Shown here in pieces: positions 13,545-26,019 of a DNA stretch of 64,000 nt (the stretch's first letter is position 1; the number at the start of each line of letters is the position of its first letter). The notes below the pieces were generated by a model. The model did not search any database. It was not told where the DNA came from and saw nothing but the letters and a program-made list of their open reading frames with translations. The position numbers and the translations under genes are program-made. The DNA is taken from contig MU061542.1 of NCBI GenBank assembly GCA_013265495.1, forward strand, positions 154,972-218,971, given 5' to 3'. This DNA comes from Vicugna vicugna (Eukaryota).

Positions 13545-16400
13545 TGTTTTTTCGTTATGGTAAAAAACATATAACATAAAATGCACAACCATTGACTACC
13601 ATTAAATGTACAATTCAGTAGTGCTATATATGTTTGTTTGTTGTGAAATAGATCTCCAGAACTTTTCAACTTGCAAAACTGAAACTCTCTACCCTATAAA
13701 TGATAACTCCCATTTTCCTCCTTATCCAGTCCTTGGTAACGACCATTCTATTTTTGTTTCTATGAATTTGACTACTTTAGACACCTCATATAAATAGAAT
13801 CATGCAGTATTTGATTTTTCATGACTGGTTTATTTCACTTAGCATAATATCCTCAAGAGCTGTCCATGTTGTAGCATGTGACAGGGTTTCCTTTCTTGTA
13901 AGGCATAATAATATTCCACTGTATGTATGTATCACATTTTGTTTACTTTCTTATCTTACAGTAATAGGTATTTAGGTTGTTGGTTGTTTTGGATAGTGCT
14001 GCTATGAATGTGAGTGTGAAAATTTAGCTTTGAGACTGTGCTATCAAGATATATCCAGAAGTGGGATTGCTGCATCATATTATAGTTCTATCTTTCCATA
14101 GTGGTTGCACCATTTTACAATCCCACCATAAAGATTCCAGTTTCTCTACCACCTCAGCAACACTCTTCTTTTTTCTTTTCTTTTCTTTTTTCTTTCTTTT
14201 CTTTTCTTTCCTTCTTTTCTTTTCCTTTTTCTTTTCTTTTCTTTTCTCTTCTCCTCTTTTCCTTTCTTTTCTTTGACAGTGTCCATCTGAATGGGTATGA
14301 AGTGATATCTCATTGTAATTTTTATTTACATTTCTCTAATGATTAGTGATGTTGAAGATCTTAATATGTTGTTGGTCATTTATATACCTTCTTGGAGAAA
14401 TGTCTATTCATGTCTCTTGCTTGTTTGTAATGGATTATTTATTTTTTTGTTGCTTAGTTTTAGGGGCTCTTTAATCTACATATTAATCCTTTTTCAGGTA
14501 TATTATTTGCAAATATGTCCTACTATTCCTTAAACTGCCTTTTCTCTCTGTTAGCTCTTTTCTTAGCTGCACAAAAGTTTTTAATTTTTATGTAGCCCCA
14601 GTTGCCTGTTTTTACTTCTGTTGCCTATGCTTTTGGTATCATATCCAAGAAATAATTGTCAAATCCAATGTAATGAAGTTTTCCCTTTATTATTTCTTCT
14701 TGAAATTTTATAGTTTTAAGTCATACATTTAGGTCTTTAATCCACTTTGAGTTAATTTTTGTATATGGTGTTAGGTAAGGATCCAACATAATTCTTGTAT
14801 ATGTGGATATTCAGTTTTCCTAAGTAAAAAAATTTAAGGTGCTATCTTTCCCCATTGAGTGGTCTTGGCACCCTTGTTGAAGATCATATGACCATATTTT
14901 AGAGGGTGTATTTCTGGGTTCTCTATTCTACTCCATTGGTCTGTATGTCTGTATTTATGCCAGTGCCACATTGGTTGCTGTAGCTCCACAATATGTTTTA
15001 AATCAGAGGATGTGAGGCCTTCCAGTTTGTTTTTGTTTCTCAAAATTATTTTGTCTATTTGGGGATCTCATGGAATATATGAATTTTAGGATTTTTTTCC
15101 TATTTATACAAAGAATGCCTCTGAAATTTTGATAGGGATTGCATTGACTCTTAAGATTGCTTTAGTAGTATCAAATACTTAACAATATAAGGTTTTCCAA
15201 TCCATGAACATGGGATATCTTTTCATATATTTTTCTTTGATTTCTATCGATGATTTGAAGTTTGCATTGTATGAGTATTCCACCTCTTTCTTTATCTAAG
15301 TTTATTACTATGTATTTTATTCTATTTTATGCTATCATAAATTGAATTTTCTTAATTTCCTTTTTTTATGTTTTACTCTTATTGTATAGAAATGCAACAG
15401 ATTTTTGTGTTTTGGTTTCTTTTGTTCTGCAACTTTGCTGAACTTGTTAATTTTAATAAAAATTTTGATGGAGTCTTTATAATGTTCCACATATATGATA
15501 ATGTTATCTGCGAAAAGAATTTCATTGTTTCCTTTCTATTTGGGAAGACATTTGTATGCCTTTCATTTGTGTTTCTTACCTAATTGCTCTGACTAAAGCT
15601 AACTATATTGAATAGGATTTATGAAACTGGGCTACTCGTCATGTTCTGGATATTGGAGGAATATCTTTCAGTCTTTTACCATTAATTATGTTGTTAGCTG
15701 TGGGATTTTCATATATGAACTGTATTATGTTGAGGTAGTTTCTTTCTGGTCCTTTGTTGAGTGTTTTTATCATAAAAGGGTGTTGAATGTTGTCAGATGC
15801 TGCTTCTGTATCAATTGAGATAATTGTGTGGTTTTCATCCTTGATTCTATTAATGTGTTATATTACATTAATTTATTTTTATATATTGAAACATTATTGC
15901 ATTCCAGGTATTTAAATCCACTTTGTCATATTGTATAATCCTTTTAATATGCAGCCAAATTCAATTTGCTGATATTCTGTTTAGAGTATTTCTATCCATA
16001 TTTATCACAAATATTGGTCTTCAATTTTCTATTCTTGTAGTACCTTGTCTGACTTTGGGGTCAGGGCAAAGCTGGCCTCATAGAATAAGCTTGAAAATGG
16101 TCCCTTATATTCAGTATTTTGGGAAAACTTGAGAATGGTTGGTGTTCATTTGTCTTTAAACATTTGGTAGGATTATCCGATAAATCCATCTCTAATTGTA
16201 AGCTTTCTTTTTGAGGAGGTTTTTGATTACTGATTTATTTTCCTAGCTAGTTATTGTCTGTTAAGATTTTCTATTCCTCCAGGATTCAGTCTTTTTGGTT
16301 GTATGTTTCTAGGAATTTATCTATGTCTTATAAGCTATCTTATTTTTTTGCATATAATTGTTCAGGGTATTTTGTTTTAATCCTTTTTATTTCTGTTTAT
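13545..16400 (-). mobile_element. L1MB-like element: 3' UTR and degraded ORF2 (C-terminus through RT)
   Basis: 3' UTR motif 'acttgcaaaactgaaactctctaccc'; minus-strand ORF ..KNKLEGLT..WHWHKYRHTDQWSRIENPEI..YGHMIFNKGAKTTQWGK. Confidence 0.9.
14165..14275. repeat. (TTTTC)n polypyrimidine expansion inside L1
   Basis: About 110 bp made almost entirely of T and C. Confidence 0.9.
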
Positions 16401-19333
16401 TTCCTTTTGTATTTCCTTTTATGGTTTGATTATTCTCTTTTGTATTAGCTTGATTTTTTTTTCATTTTTGTGACAGTATTTTATGCTTTTGATCTGTGGT
16501 TACTCTGTTTTTCAAGTATATTATCCCATTACTATATCTATTTGCCTTAGATTGGTAATCATATAGTCTCAACAAATCCTAAAAAGAACAACAACAACAA
16601 CAAAATCTATGTTTTCTTTCTCCCTTTTCCCACATTTTATGATTCTGATATCCTCTTTTACATCTTCATGCTCATGTTTTACATCTTACTGTTCATTGTA
16701 ATTATCCTGTTTCCAGTTCTGATTTTCTCTTTTACATCTTCATGTTCATGTTTTACATCATGGTATTCATTATATTTATCTCATTCCCAGTTCTGATTTT
16801 TTTTCTATAGGTTTCTCCTTTTTTATTTAGGTGATAACTTTTAGTATTTCTTTTAGAAGAGGTTTAGTATTGCTGTATTCTTTTAGTTTTTGCTTATCTG
16901 GAAATTATTTATCTCTCCTTCTATTTTAAGATAGTCTTGCTGGGTAGAGTATCCTAGGTTGCAGTTTTTTTTTTCTCTTTTAAAACTTTGAATATATCTT
17001 GCTCCTCTCATTCAGCATATCTTTCCATAGAGAAATCAGCTGAAAGCCTTATGAGGATTTCCTTATAACTAACTCTTTGTTTTTCACCTGCTGCCTTTAG
17101 AATCATTTCTTCATTTTTAACTGGTCATCTTAATTATAATATGTCTTGGTGTAGGTCTGTTTGGGTTCATCTTATTTGGGACTCTATGCTTTCTGTACTT
17201 GGATATCTGTTTTCTTTAGGTTTGGGACTTTTCAACCATCATTTCTTAAAAGTCATTTTTTAATCCCGTTTTTTCTTTCTTCTCTTTCAGGGACCTCTAT
17301 TATGTGTAGATTGGCACACTTTATATTATCCTATCTGTCCCTTATATTGCTTTCATTGGTTTTTATTTTCTTTTCTGTCTGCTTTTCTGATTGTGTGATT
17401 TATATCATTCTATCTTCTAAATCACTTACTCGTTCTTCTGCATTATATAGTCTACTACTGGTTGCCTTTAGCTTGGCTTTTAGCTCAGCAAGTGGGTTTT
17501 CTGATTTCAATTGGGTCCTCTTTATAGTTTCTTTTAACTTTTTACAGTATTCTTTATTTCTATCAATAGATTCTCATTTCCTTCATTGCTTTTATCACCT
17601 CTCTTTTGAACTCAGGAACTGGTTTATTTCATTGTTCATTCTTTCAGGGGACTTATCTTGTTCTTTTAATTAAGATTGATTTCTCTGCTTCTTCATTTTA
17701 CTTATATTTCTCTGACTCTATTAATTTAGGAGTGACAGTTATCTACTATGGTCTTGAAGGGCTGTTTTGGGTGGATTATTCTATTCTATTTTATTTTATT
17801 TTTTAAATCTGGAAGTGACAGTATGTACACTGTGCTTGTCTAACATTTTTGTCACAAGGGTTATTTTTAGTTTGGATGGTTGCCACATCTTTCCTGTCTG
17901 TGTGCTGGCTGTTATCCCCTTGATTGAATCTGTGGATGATGTTGTGGTGACCAGATCCTGCACTGGTTGTTGAGTGGGGCCTCTTCTTTGCTCTGTGATT
18001 GTCATAGAACTGACCAGGTCTGCTCCCCTGTTGTGTGAATAGAGGCTTGTAGCCTCATTTCTGAGCTGCATGTGTGATAGACAGGACTGGAGCACTTCCA
18101 CTGGAAGAGAAGCCACTGTGTATTCCTCTACCAGAGATGTCCACTGGAAAGTGCCCACTGTGGTGTCACCTGTCATTCATTATGTGGGCTCACAAAGTAC
18201 ACTTTGTTGACACCATCCTTGTCCCCACCTCAGCTGCAGGAATGTCAGTAACATGCCCTGGTGTCCCCCACAGAGCCACCAGTGCAAATCCGCTGATGTC
18301 AGGCACTAGGACCCACTGTAGTGCATACACAGTCATGCACTCAATCCACCCTGAGCCACAGAGTCAACCCAGAACTCTGCCCCACCTCTGCATAAGCACA
18401 TCTACTGTTAATGGTAGACCTGCCCTTGCTGCACACCAGAACTCAACTAGGTTATCCCAGAGGTACGGATGCATGAGGCACCAGCAGAGCAAATCTTCCA
18501 CAGCCACCTGGAGCTCAAATCAAATCTCAGTCCTGCCTGTGAAGTCACAGAACCCCTGGGAATAGATTCAGGTTTCAGCCCTGTCTCTGCCTGAGAGCCG
18601 TGCACCAGCAATTTTGCCCCTCCAGAGCAAGTTGAGAAGACTACTGTGTCTGGACCACACACCTCTGCTCATGAGAGTGCATCCCAACAGTCATGCTAAG
18701 CAACACCCTCTAGGGTAGCAGAGACAACGGTTATGGCTATAAGTCTCACACCCCTCCCCCCACATGCACTAGAAGTGGTACTTTCTACTGGGGATCCAGG
18801 CTGTTCTGCACACATTCCATATTATGCTGCACAACACTACAGCCCCTTGAGGCTGCATCTGGGCAGTTGGCCTCAGTCCTCTCCCTGGGTCCATCCACTG
18901 AATCCCAAGGACCAGCACTCATTCCTGGCTTGCATGTGTCAGCTAGCATCCAAGACTGGGGATCACACAGATTCTCCTTGCTAATTTCTCTCTGTTCTTA
19001 TGGCCAAGCAGCTGCTGCTTTCTCCTCTAAGCCTCTGAAGCTCCCTTTTGGTCCCAGCTTACCTCTCCACAGGAGAAACGGCTTCCTATGGTGAGGGCAC
19101 TTTACCTTCTTTGTTGTTTCCTCCCCAGGGGGGTAGGTCCTACCCCAAATTCCTTTTTCTCTATTTTTCTTCTATCCTGTTTTATGAGGATCTTACTAGT
19201 AGTTCTGATAATAAGACATATTATGCCAAAATTCAGCAGGTAATCCATATGAATTGTCCCATACATAGGTATAGTTTTTGATGTATTCCCGGGAGAGGGT
19301 GCATCTTTCTACTTCACCATCTTGGCAATCCCC
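16400..19333 (-). mobile_element. L1 5' half: inter-ORF, ORF1 remnant and long GC-richer 5' UTR
   Basis: Antisense ORF1 motifs at about 16.85-17.7 kb. The 5' end reads gggattgccaagatggtgaagtag on the minus strand, with the YY1-type CAAGATGG typical of L1 starts. Confidence 0.85.
16653..16800. repeat. Diverged tandem duplication, 74-bp period, in L1 inter-ORF region
   Basis: ctcttttacatcttcatg(c/t)tcatgttttacatc...ccagttctgatttt starts at 16653 and again at 16727. Confidence 0.85.
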
Positions 19334-20472
19334 TATGGTTTCCTATTTTTAAAACCATCCACAAATATGATAGTTTTACTGTGTTATTTCCAATTTAGAT
19401 ATCTTTATTTCTTTTTCTAGGCTCATTTTTTTGGCTAGGAATTCCAATACTATATGGGATAAGAGTGGTTACAGTGTGCATCCATGTTTGTTCCTGATCT
19501 TAGAAGGATACCTTTTAGTTTTTCACCATTGACTATATGTTAAGTGTGGCTTGCCATATATGATTTTTTCATGTTAAATACATTTTTTCTCCACCCATTT
19601 TATTGAATTTTATCATAAATGGCTCTTTAATCTTGTCAAATGCATTTTTCTGTTTAAATAATGATATAGTTTTTATATTTAAATTTGTTAATGAGGTTTA
19701 TCACATTGATTGATTTGTGGATGTTGAGCCATTCTTGCATTGCTGGAATAAATCCCTCTTGATCATGGTGTATGCTCTTTTAATCATTCTTCTAATGATT
19801 TTGTCCTTTGTTTGCTCTTCTTTTTCTAGTTACTTTAGGTATAAGTTTAAATTGTTTATTTGAGAATTTTTCTAGATTCTTGGGGTAGACCTGTATTGCT
19901 TTAAAATTCCCTCTTATTGCTGATTTTCCTGCATCCCATAGATTCTTGTATGCAGCATTTTCTTTTTCATTTATCTTCAGATATTTTCTTGATTTCTCTG
20001 TTGACCAAAGAGTTGTTCAATAGCATATTATTTAGTCTCCATATGGCATATATGTGTGATTTTTCCAGCTTCCTTTTGTAATTAATGTCTAATTCTACAC
20101 CATTGTGTTCAGAAAAGAAGATTGATATGATTTCAGTCTCCTTAAATTTATTGAGACATATTTTGTGTCCAAAAATAGGATCTGTCCTTGAGAATAATCC
20201 ATGTGCACTTGAGAAGAATGTGTATTTTACTGCATTTGGATGGAATGTTCTGTATAAATCTAACAAGTCCATTTGGTATAATGTTTCATTTAAGGCTACT
20301 GTTTTTGGTTGACTTTCTGTCTGTATGATCTCCTGAGATGTAAATGTGGTGTTAAAATCTCCTACTATTATTGTGTTGTTGACAATTTCTCCCTTTATAT
20401 TTATTAATATTTGCTTTATATACTTGTGTGCTCCTATTTGGATACATGTATAGTAGTAGATTCTTTGTCTTC

Positions 20473-22604
20473 TTTTTTTTTAACACTTTTTATTGATTTA
20501 TAATCATTTTACAATGTTGTGTCAAATTCCACTGTTCAGCACAATTTTTCAGTTATACATGAACATATATATATACATTGTCACATTTTTTTCTCGCTAC
20601 AATGAGATCTTGTATATATTTCCCTGTGCTATACAGTATAATCTTGTTTATCTATTCTACAATTTTGAAATCCCAGTCAATCTCTTCCCACACCCTGCCC
20701 GCTTGGCAACCACAAGTTTGTATTCTATGTCTGTGAGTCTATTTGTGTTTTGTATTTATGCTTTTTGTTGTTGTTGTTGTTTGTTGTTGTTGTTGTTTTT
20801 ATATATATTCCACATATGAGCAATCTCATATGGTATTTTTCTTTCTCTTTCTGGCTTAACTTCACTTGGAATGACATTCTCCAGGAGCATCCATGTTGCT
20901 GCAAATGGCATTATGTTGTTGGTTCTTATGGCTGAGAAGTATACCATTGTATAAATATAGCACCTCTTCTTTATCCAGTCATCTGTTGATGGACATTTAG
21001 GCTGTTTCTATGTCTTGGCTATTGTAAATAATGCTGCTATGAACATGGGGCTGAAGTAGGGTTCCTTCTGGACTTATGCCTAGGAGTGGGGTTCCTGGGT
21101 CATATGGTAAGTCTATTCCTAGTCTTTTGAGGAATCTCCGTATTGTTTTCCACAGTGTCTGCACCAAACTGCATTCCCACCAGCAGTGAAGGAGGGTTCC
21201 CTTTTCTCCACAGCCTCTCCAGCACTTGTCATTTGTGGACATTTGAATGATGGTCATTCTGACTGGTGTGAGGTGATAACTCATTGTAGTTTTGATTTGC
21301 ATTTCTCTGATAATTAGTGACATTGAGCATTTTTTCATGTGTCTATTGATCATTTGTGTGTCTTCCTTGGAGAATTACTTGTTTAGGTCTTCTGCCCAAA
21401 TTTGGATTCGGTTGTTTATTTTTTTCTTATTGAGTCATATGAGCTGCTTATATATTCTATCACCACTCCTATTCACCATAGTCTTGGAAATCCTAGCCAC
21501 AGCATTCAGACAAGAGAGATAAATCAAAGGGATCCAAATTGGAAAAGAAGAGGTAAAAATGTCACTATATGCCAACGACAGGTTACTATATATAGAAAAT
21601 TCTAAAATGTCCACACAGCTCTAGTAGTTTTAAGTAGAGCTGATCGAAGAATTCAGCAAGGTAGCAGGTTACAAGATTAGTGTTCAAAAATCAGTTGCAT
21701 TTCTTTACACTAATGATGAATCAACAGAAAAGGAAAGTAAAGAAACAACCTCCTTTAAAATAGCACCCAAAGTAATAAAATATCTAGTAATAAATCTAAA
21801 CAAGAAGGTGAAATTATACACAGAAAACTATAAACCATTGATGAAGGAAATTAAAGAAGACTTTAAAAGATGGAAAGATATCCCATGCTCTTGGAATAGA
21901 AGAATCAATATTGTTAAAATGGTCACACTGCCCAAGGCAATCTACAGATTTAATGCAATCCCTATCCAATTACCCAGGACATATTTCACAGAACTAGAAC
22001 AAATCATAATAAAATTTATATGGAACCATCAAAGACCTAGAATTGCCAAAGCATTACTGAAGAGAAAGAAAGAGGCTGGAGGAATAACTCTCCCAGACTT
22101 CAGACAATACTATAGAGCTACAGTCATCAAGACAGCATGGTATTGGTACAAAAACAGACATATAGACCAAGGGATCAGAATAGCCCTGAAATGAACCCAC
22201 AAACTTTTGGTCAACAAATCTTCGACAAAGGAGGCAGGAATATACAGTGGAATCAAGACAATCTCTTCAGCAAATGGTGTTGGAAAAACTGGACAGCAGC
22301 ATGTAAAACAATGAAGCTAGATCAGTCTCTTACACCATACACTGAAATCAACTCAAAATGGATCAAAGACTTAAACATAAGACAAAATACAATAAACCTC
22401 CTAGAAGAAAATTTAGGCAAAACACTATCTGACATACATCTCAGAAATGTTCTCCTAGAAGAAATAAAAGCAAGAATAAACAAATGGGACCTAATGAAAC
22501 TTACAAGCTTCTGCGCAGCAAAGGAAACCATAAGTAAAATGAAAAGGCAACCTACGGAATGGGAAAAAAAATTTGTAAATGAAACCGACAAAGGCTTGAT
22601 CTTC
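20473..22604 (-). mobile_element. Young 5'-truncated, 5'-inverted (twin-primed) L1 with 11-bp TSD
   Basis: Poly(T), 3' UTR and ORF2 C-terminus on minus (20473-21458); inverted ORF2 segment on plus (21457-22604). TSD ttctttgtctt at 20461-20471 and 22602-22612. Confidence 0.95.
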
Positions 22605-22719
22605 TTTGTCTTGTTGGTGACTGTCCTTTTATTATTCTGTAAGTCCATTTTTGTCTGAAGTTAACTTTTTTGGCTTGAAATCTGTTTTGTCTGATATATG
22701 TATGTCTATATCCACTTTC

Positions 22720-22750
22720 CTTTTTTTAAACATTTTTTATTGATTTATAA
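22720..22750 (-). mobile_element. Extremely 5'-truncated L1 insertion (31 bp) with 13-bp TSD
   Basis: ctttttttaaacattttttattgatttataa matches the extreme 3' end of the young family (compare about 20475, 48637, 55991). It is flanked by tatatccactttc at 22707-22719 and 22751-22763. Confidence 0.88.
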
Positions 22751-25700
22751 TATATCCACTTTCTTTTGGCTGACATTTGCTTAGATTATCACTTTTCACC
22801 CCTTCACTTTCAGTTAATGTTTGTCTTTAGAGCTGAGATGAGTTTCCTGGAGGCAGCATAATTGGATCTTATTTTTTAAATCATTCAACAATTTTATACA
22901 TTTAGATTGGTGAGTTCAATCTATTTACAATTAGAGTAATTATTGATAAATGAAAACTTAAAATTTTGTATTCTGTTTTCTGGTTACTCTATAGCTCCAT
23001 TGTTTCTTTTTCCTTCTATTTCTGTCTACCAGTTTATTTTGGTGGCTTTCTATTATTTTTTCTCAGTTTCCTCTTGTTCTTTATTTTGGGTCTCTGCTCC
23101 AGATTTATGACCTGCGCTTACCATGAGGTTTGTGTAAAACATTTCATAAATAACATATTTTTGATAGCATCTTACTTTTATTTATATATATGATTTCCAT
23201 TATTTTTCTCTATATTTTGTGATATCATTGTCTCAATTTTTTTTCCTTTTTTTGTTTTGAGCTTGTTACCAATTTGAACTAGCTATTTAAATCAACGACC
23301 TACAATAAAACTCAGAAAGGCAGTTTAATAAATGAGATAAAGGATGAAAAACTAGTTCTTTTTGCTGTCTTTTTTTCACATTAATGCCATAATAAAGTGT
23401 TTAACAATCTATTCTGATATAGTTGAAATTTATCGATTCTGACGATCACATTACTCGAAGTTTTGTGCAATTTTGCCTTTGTGTTTCACGTATGGAGCTG
23501 CTTTCAACATTTCTATTAAAGCAAGTCTTGTGTCCATTAACTTCCTCAGTTTTGTTTATCTGAGTAAAGCTTTATTTCTCCTTTATATCTGAATGACAAC
23601 TTTACTGGAGGGAGTATTCTTAACTGACACTTTGTATCTTTTAATAATTTGAGTATGTCATGCCACTCACTTCTGGTATTTAGAGTTTCTCCTGAGACAT
23701 CTGATGATACCTTAATGGGGATTCCTTTGCAGAGTACTATCCTTTTTTTCCTCACTGTCTTTAAAATCATTTCTTTGTCAGTTTTAATATAATTTGTCTT
23801 AAAGAAGTTCTTTTGTATTGAGGCAAATAGGTATTCTTTTATCTTCACAGTCTTGTATATCCAGTTCCTTTCCCAGGTTTGGGAAGTTCTCAGGTATTAT
23901 TTCTTAAATAAACTCTCTTTATTCTCATCTTCTTCTTCTGGGATACCCACTTTCTTGAAGTTTTCCTCCCTAAAAGAAACAGCTAGTTCCCATAGAATTT
24001 TAAATTAAAAAAAATTCTTTCCCCTCTTACATCTGTATTATTTCTAGATTTTCATCTCTGAGCTTGCTAATTCTCTTTCTCATATTGTCTCTTCTATTTC
24101 CAGTGCTTTCTACTTCATCTTTCATCTCACGTATTGAGCTCTTCAGCTCTATATTTATATTTGGTTCTTTATTAAAGTTAAAATGTCTTTGGTAAAATAT
24201 TCCTTCTGTTTATGAATTTTATTCCTGAGCTCATTGAACTGCCTTTCTGAGTTTTCTGGTAGCTCATTGATTTTCTTTATGATGGTTGTTTTGAATTTTC
24301 TATAAGATTACAATGTTTCATGACTTTAAATTGGTTTCTGGTGAATTGTCATTTTCTTTTTTTTAATACTGTGTTTCTGTGTTTCTTCATGGTGCTTAAG
24401 GAATTGTTCCTTTGCTGGCACATTTGAAGTAGCAAATGCCTTTCTCCTTTAGGTAAAAAAATTTTTTTCCTTGATTCTAAAGATTCAGCAGGTTAGTAAT
24501 TCGAGTTTTTTTTCTTTTCCAGTAGGTGGCATTATTGCACAAGCTTATCTGAGCTCTGGTTATATCTGCTGCTGTTGAAATGTCACCTGTGTACTTGCTC
24601 TTACTGCTCTGCCTCCAGGGTCATCAATGCATTGTTGTTACTAGTTTCACTGGCTCTGTGGCCTGAGCACTAGGATAGTAAGCATCTTCACCACATCCAT
24701 CATCTCCTGGGTTGTAGGCTCTGCCACCATGAGAAGTGAGGGAGATTGAGAGGGAAGCCAGTGACATGGCTGTCCCTACTATGATTGGAGTTGTCAAGTC
24801 TGTGGGTGCCATTGCTATGGGTAGGGTGGTGGCTGAAGTTAGGCTAACCTCCATGGCTGAAAGACCAGCCCCACTGCTGCTATTATCTTGTTCCCTGTGG
24901 TCTTGGTGGCTGCAGCTGGAGGCCAGTGTTGCATTTACTACCTCCCCTGTTGCTACCTGGTTCTCTGGGGCTGCAGCTTCAGCTGTCATCACCAAGGGTC
25001 TGAGAATGCAGACAATTTCTTTGTTATTTTCCTGGTTCTGCCTACTCTGTATGTCCAGTCTCATAGTTGTGTAAAATTATCAAGCCTCCTGCTGTGTTGA
25101 GCAGAGACACCTTGCTGAGTTATAGAGGTTTTACTGGTTGTAGATTGAAGGGGAGAGACAAAGTAGCATCTCATGCAGCCATGATAGTGACATCACTCCT
25201 TGAAATGAATTTTTAGTATGATCTTTTAATCAAAACTCTTTCCAACATTTATCAAAACTATAGATTCCCTTTAGGATGTTAATATGATACATTTTAATAT
25301 ATAAATATTAATATTATAAATATTAAAATGTTTTCCAATACTGAAACTTCTTATAGTCTTAGAATAGCCATGCTTGCTATTTTAATGACTGTTATTTTAT
25401 TTTTGTTTTCTTTAGGTGGTTATATCAATAATTATAAAGGGACTTGATTTTTTAATTTTTTTTCCCAAAATCTTTGCTAGATTTTGGTATTCTGTGTATT
25501 GGTAGAATTTCTAGAGGCAAGCCAAAAAAAAAAAACACTCTATTTTGTTTAAGCAAAAAAAAAAATGTTTTATTGAAGCACATTAGGCAAGAAACTTAAT
25601 TATAGAGAATCATTATAAAGTTGCTTTGACATTGTTGGAACAGTAGACAATTAAGTAAGATTTAAGTTTGTCAGAGTGTAAAATTAACCACAAAAAATCA

Positions 25701-26019
25701 ATGTGAGTAGTATCAATTCAGTGGTGTTTCTAGAGATTTTATGGATTGGAGAAAGTAGAAGAAGGAAGAAATTCAAGTGCAAGAATGATAGAGGAGAGAC
25801 ATGTTGGGTACCTAATGAATATGAAACAGTCAAATAATCCATGAACTATTTTCTGAATTTACCAAAGAAGGGAAAATTTTCATTATGTTTAAACAATTTT
25901 TTTAAATTTTACTATTGCTAGTATATGCATCTGAGCTTAATCATAATTGTTACAGGCTTCATAATAATGTTCTGGCTCTTTTATCTTTTTCTGATTGCAA
26001 ATTTTAAATTGATAAACTT

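Larger units (their letters stand above)
19335..25199 (-). mobile_element. Older L1 (5' UTR, ORF1, endonuclease, part of RT), host to three nested insertions; about 0.65-kb internal deletion near 19785
   Basis: Endonuclease ORF MDLLDLYRTFHPN..YTFFSSAHG.FSRTD (19967-20272); ORF1 remnant ..ILKTVRKKRIV..G.PIKVSSD.S.ETL (23546-23848); 5' end ggagtgatgtcactatcatggc at about 25198. Sequence resumes collinearly after 22612. Confidence 0.88.

Noticed and set aside
17161..19281. Several 70-170 aa ORFs
   Set aside because: Antisense shadows of L1 ORF1 or chance ORFs in the GC-richer 5' UTR
24624..25100. 146-aa and 112-aa overlapping ORFs
   Set aside because: They lie in an L1 5' UTR with no domain signature; chance openness in GC-rich sequence
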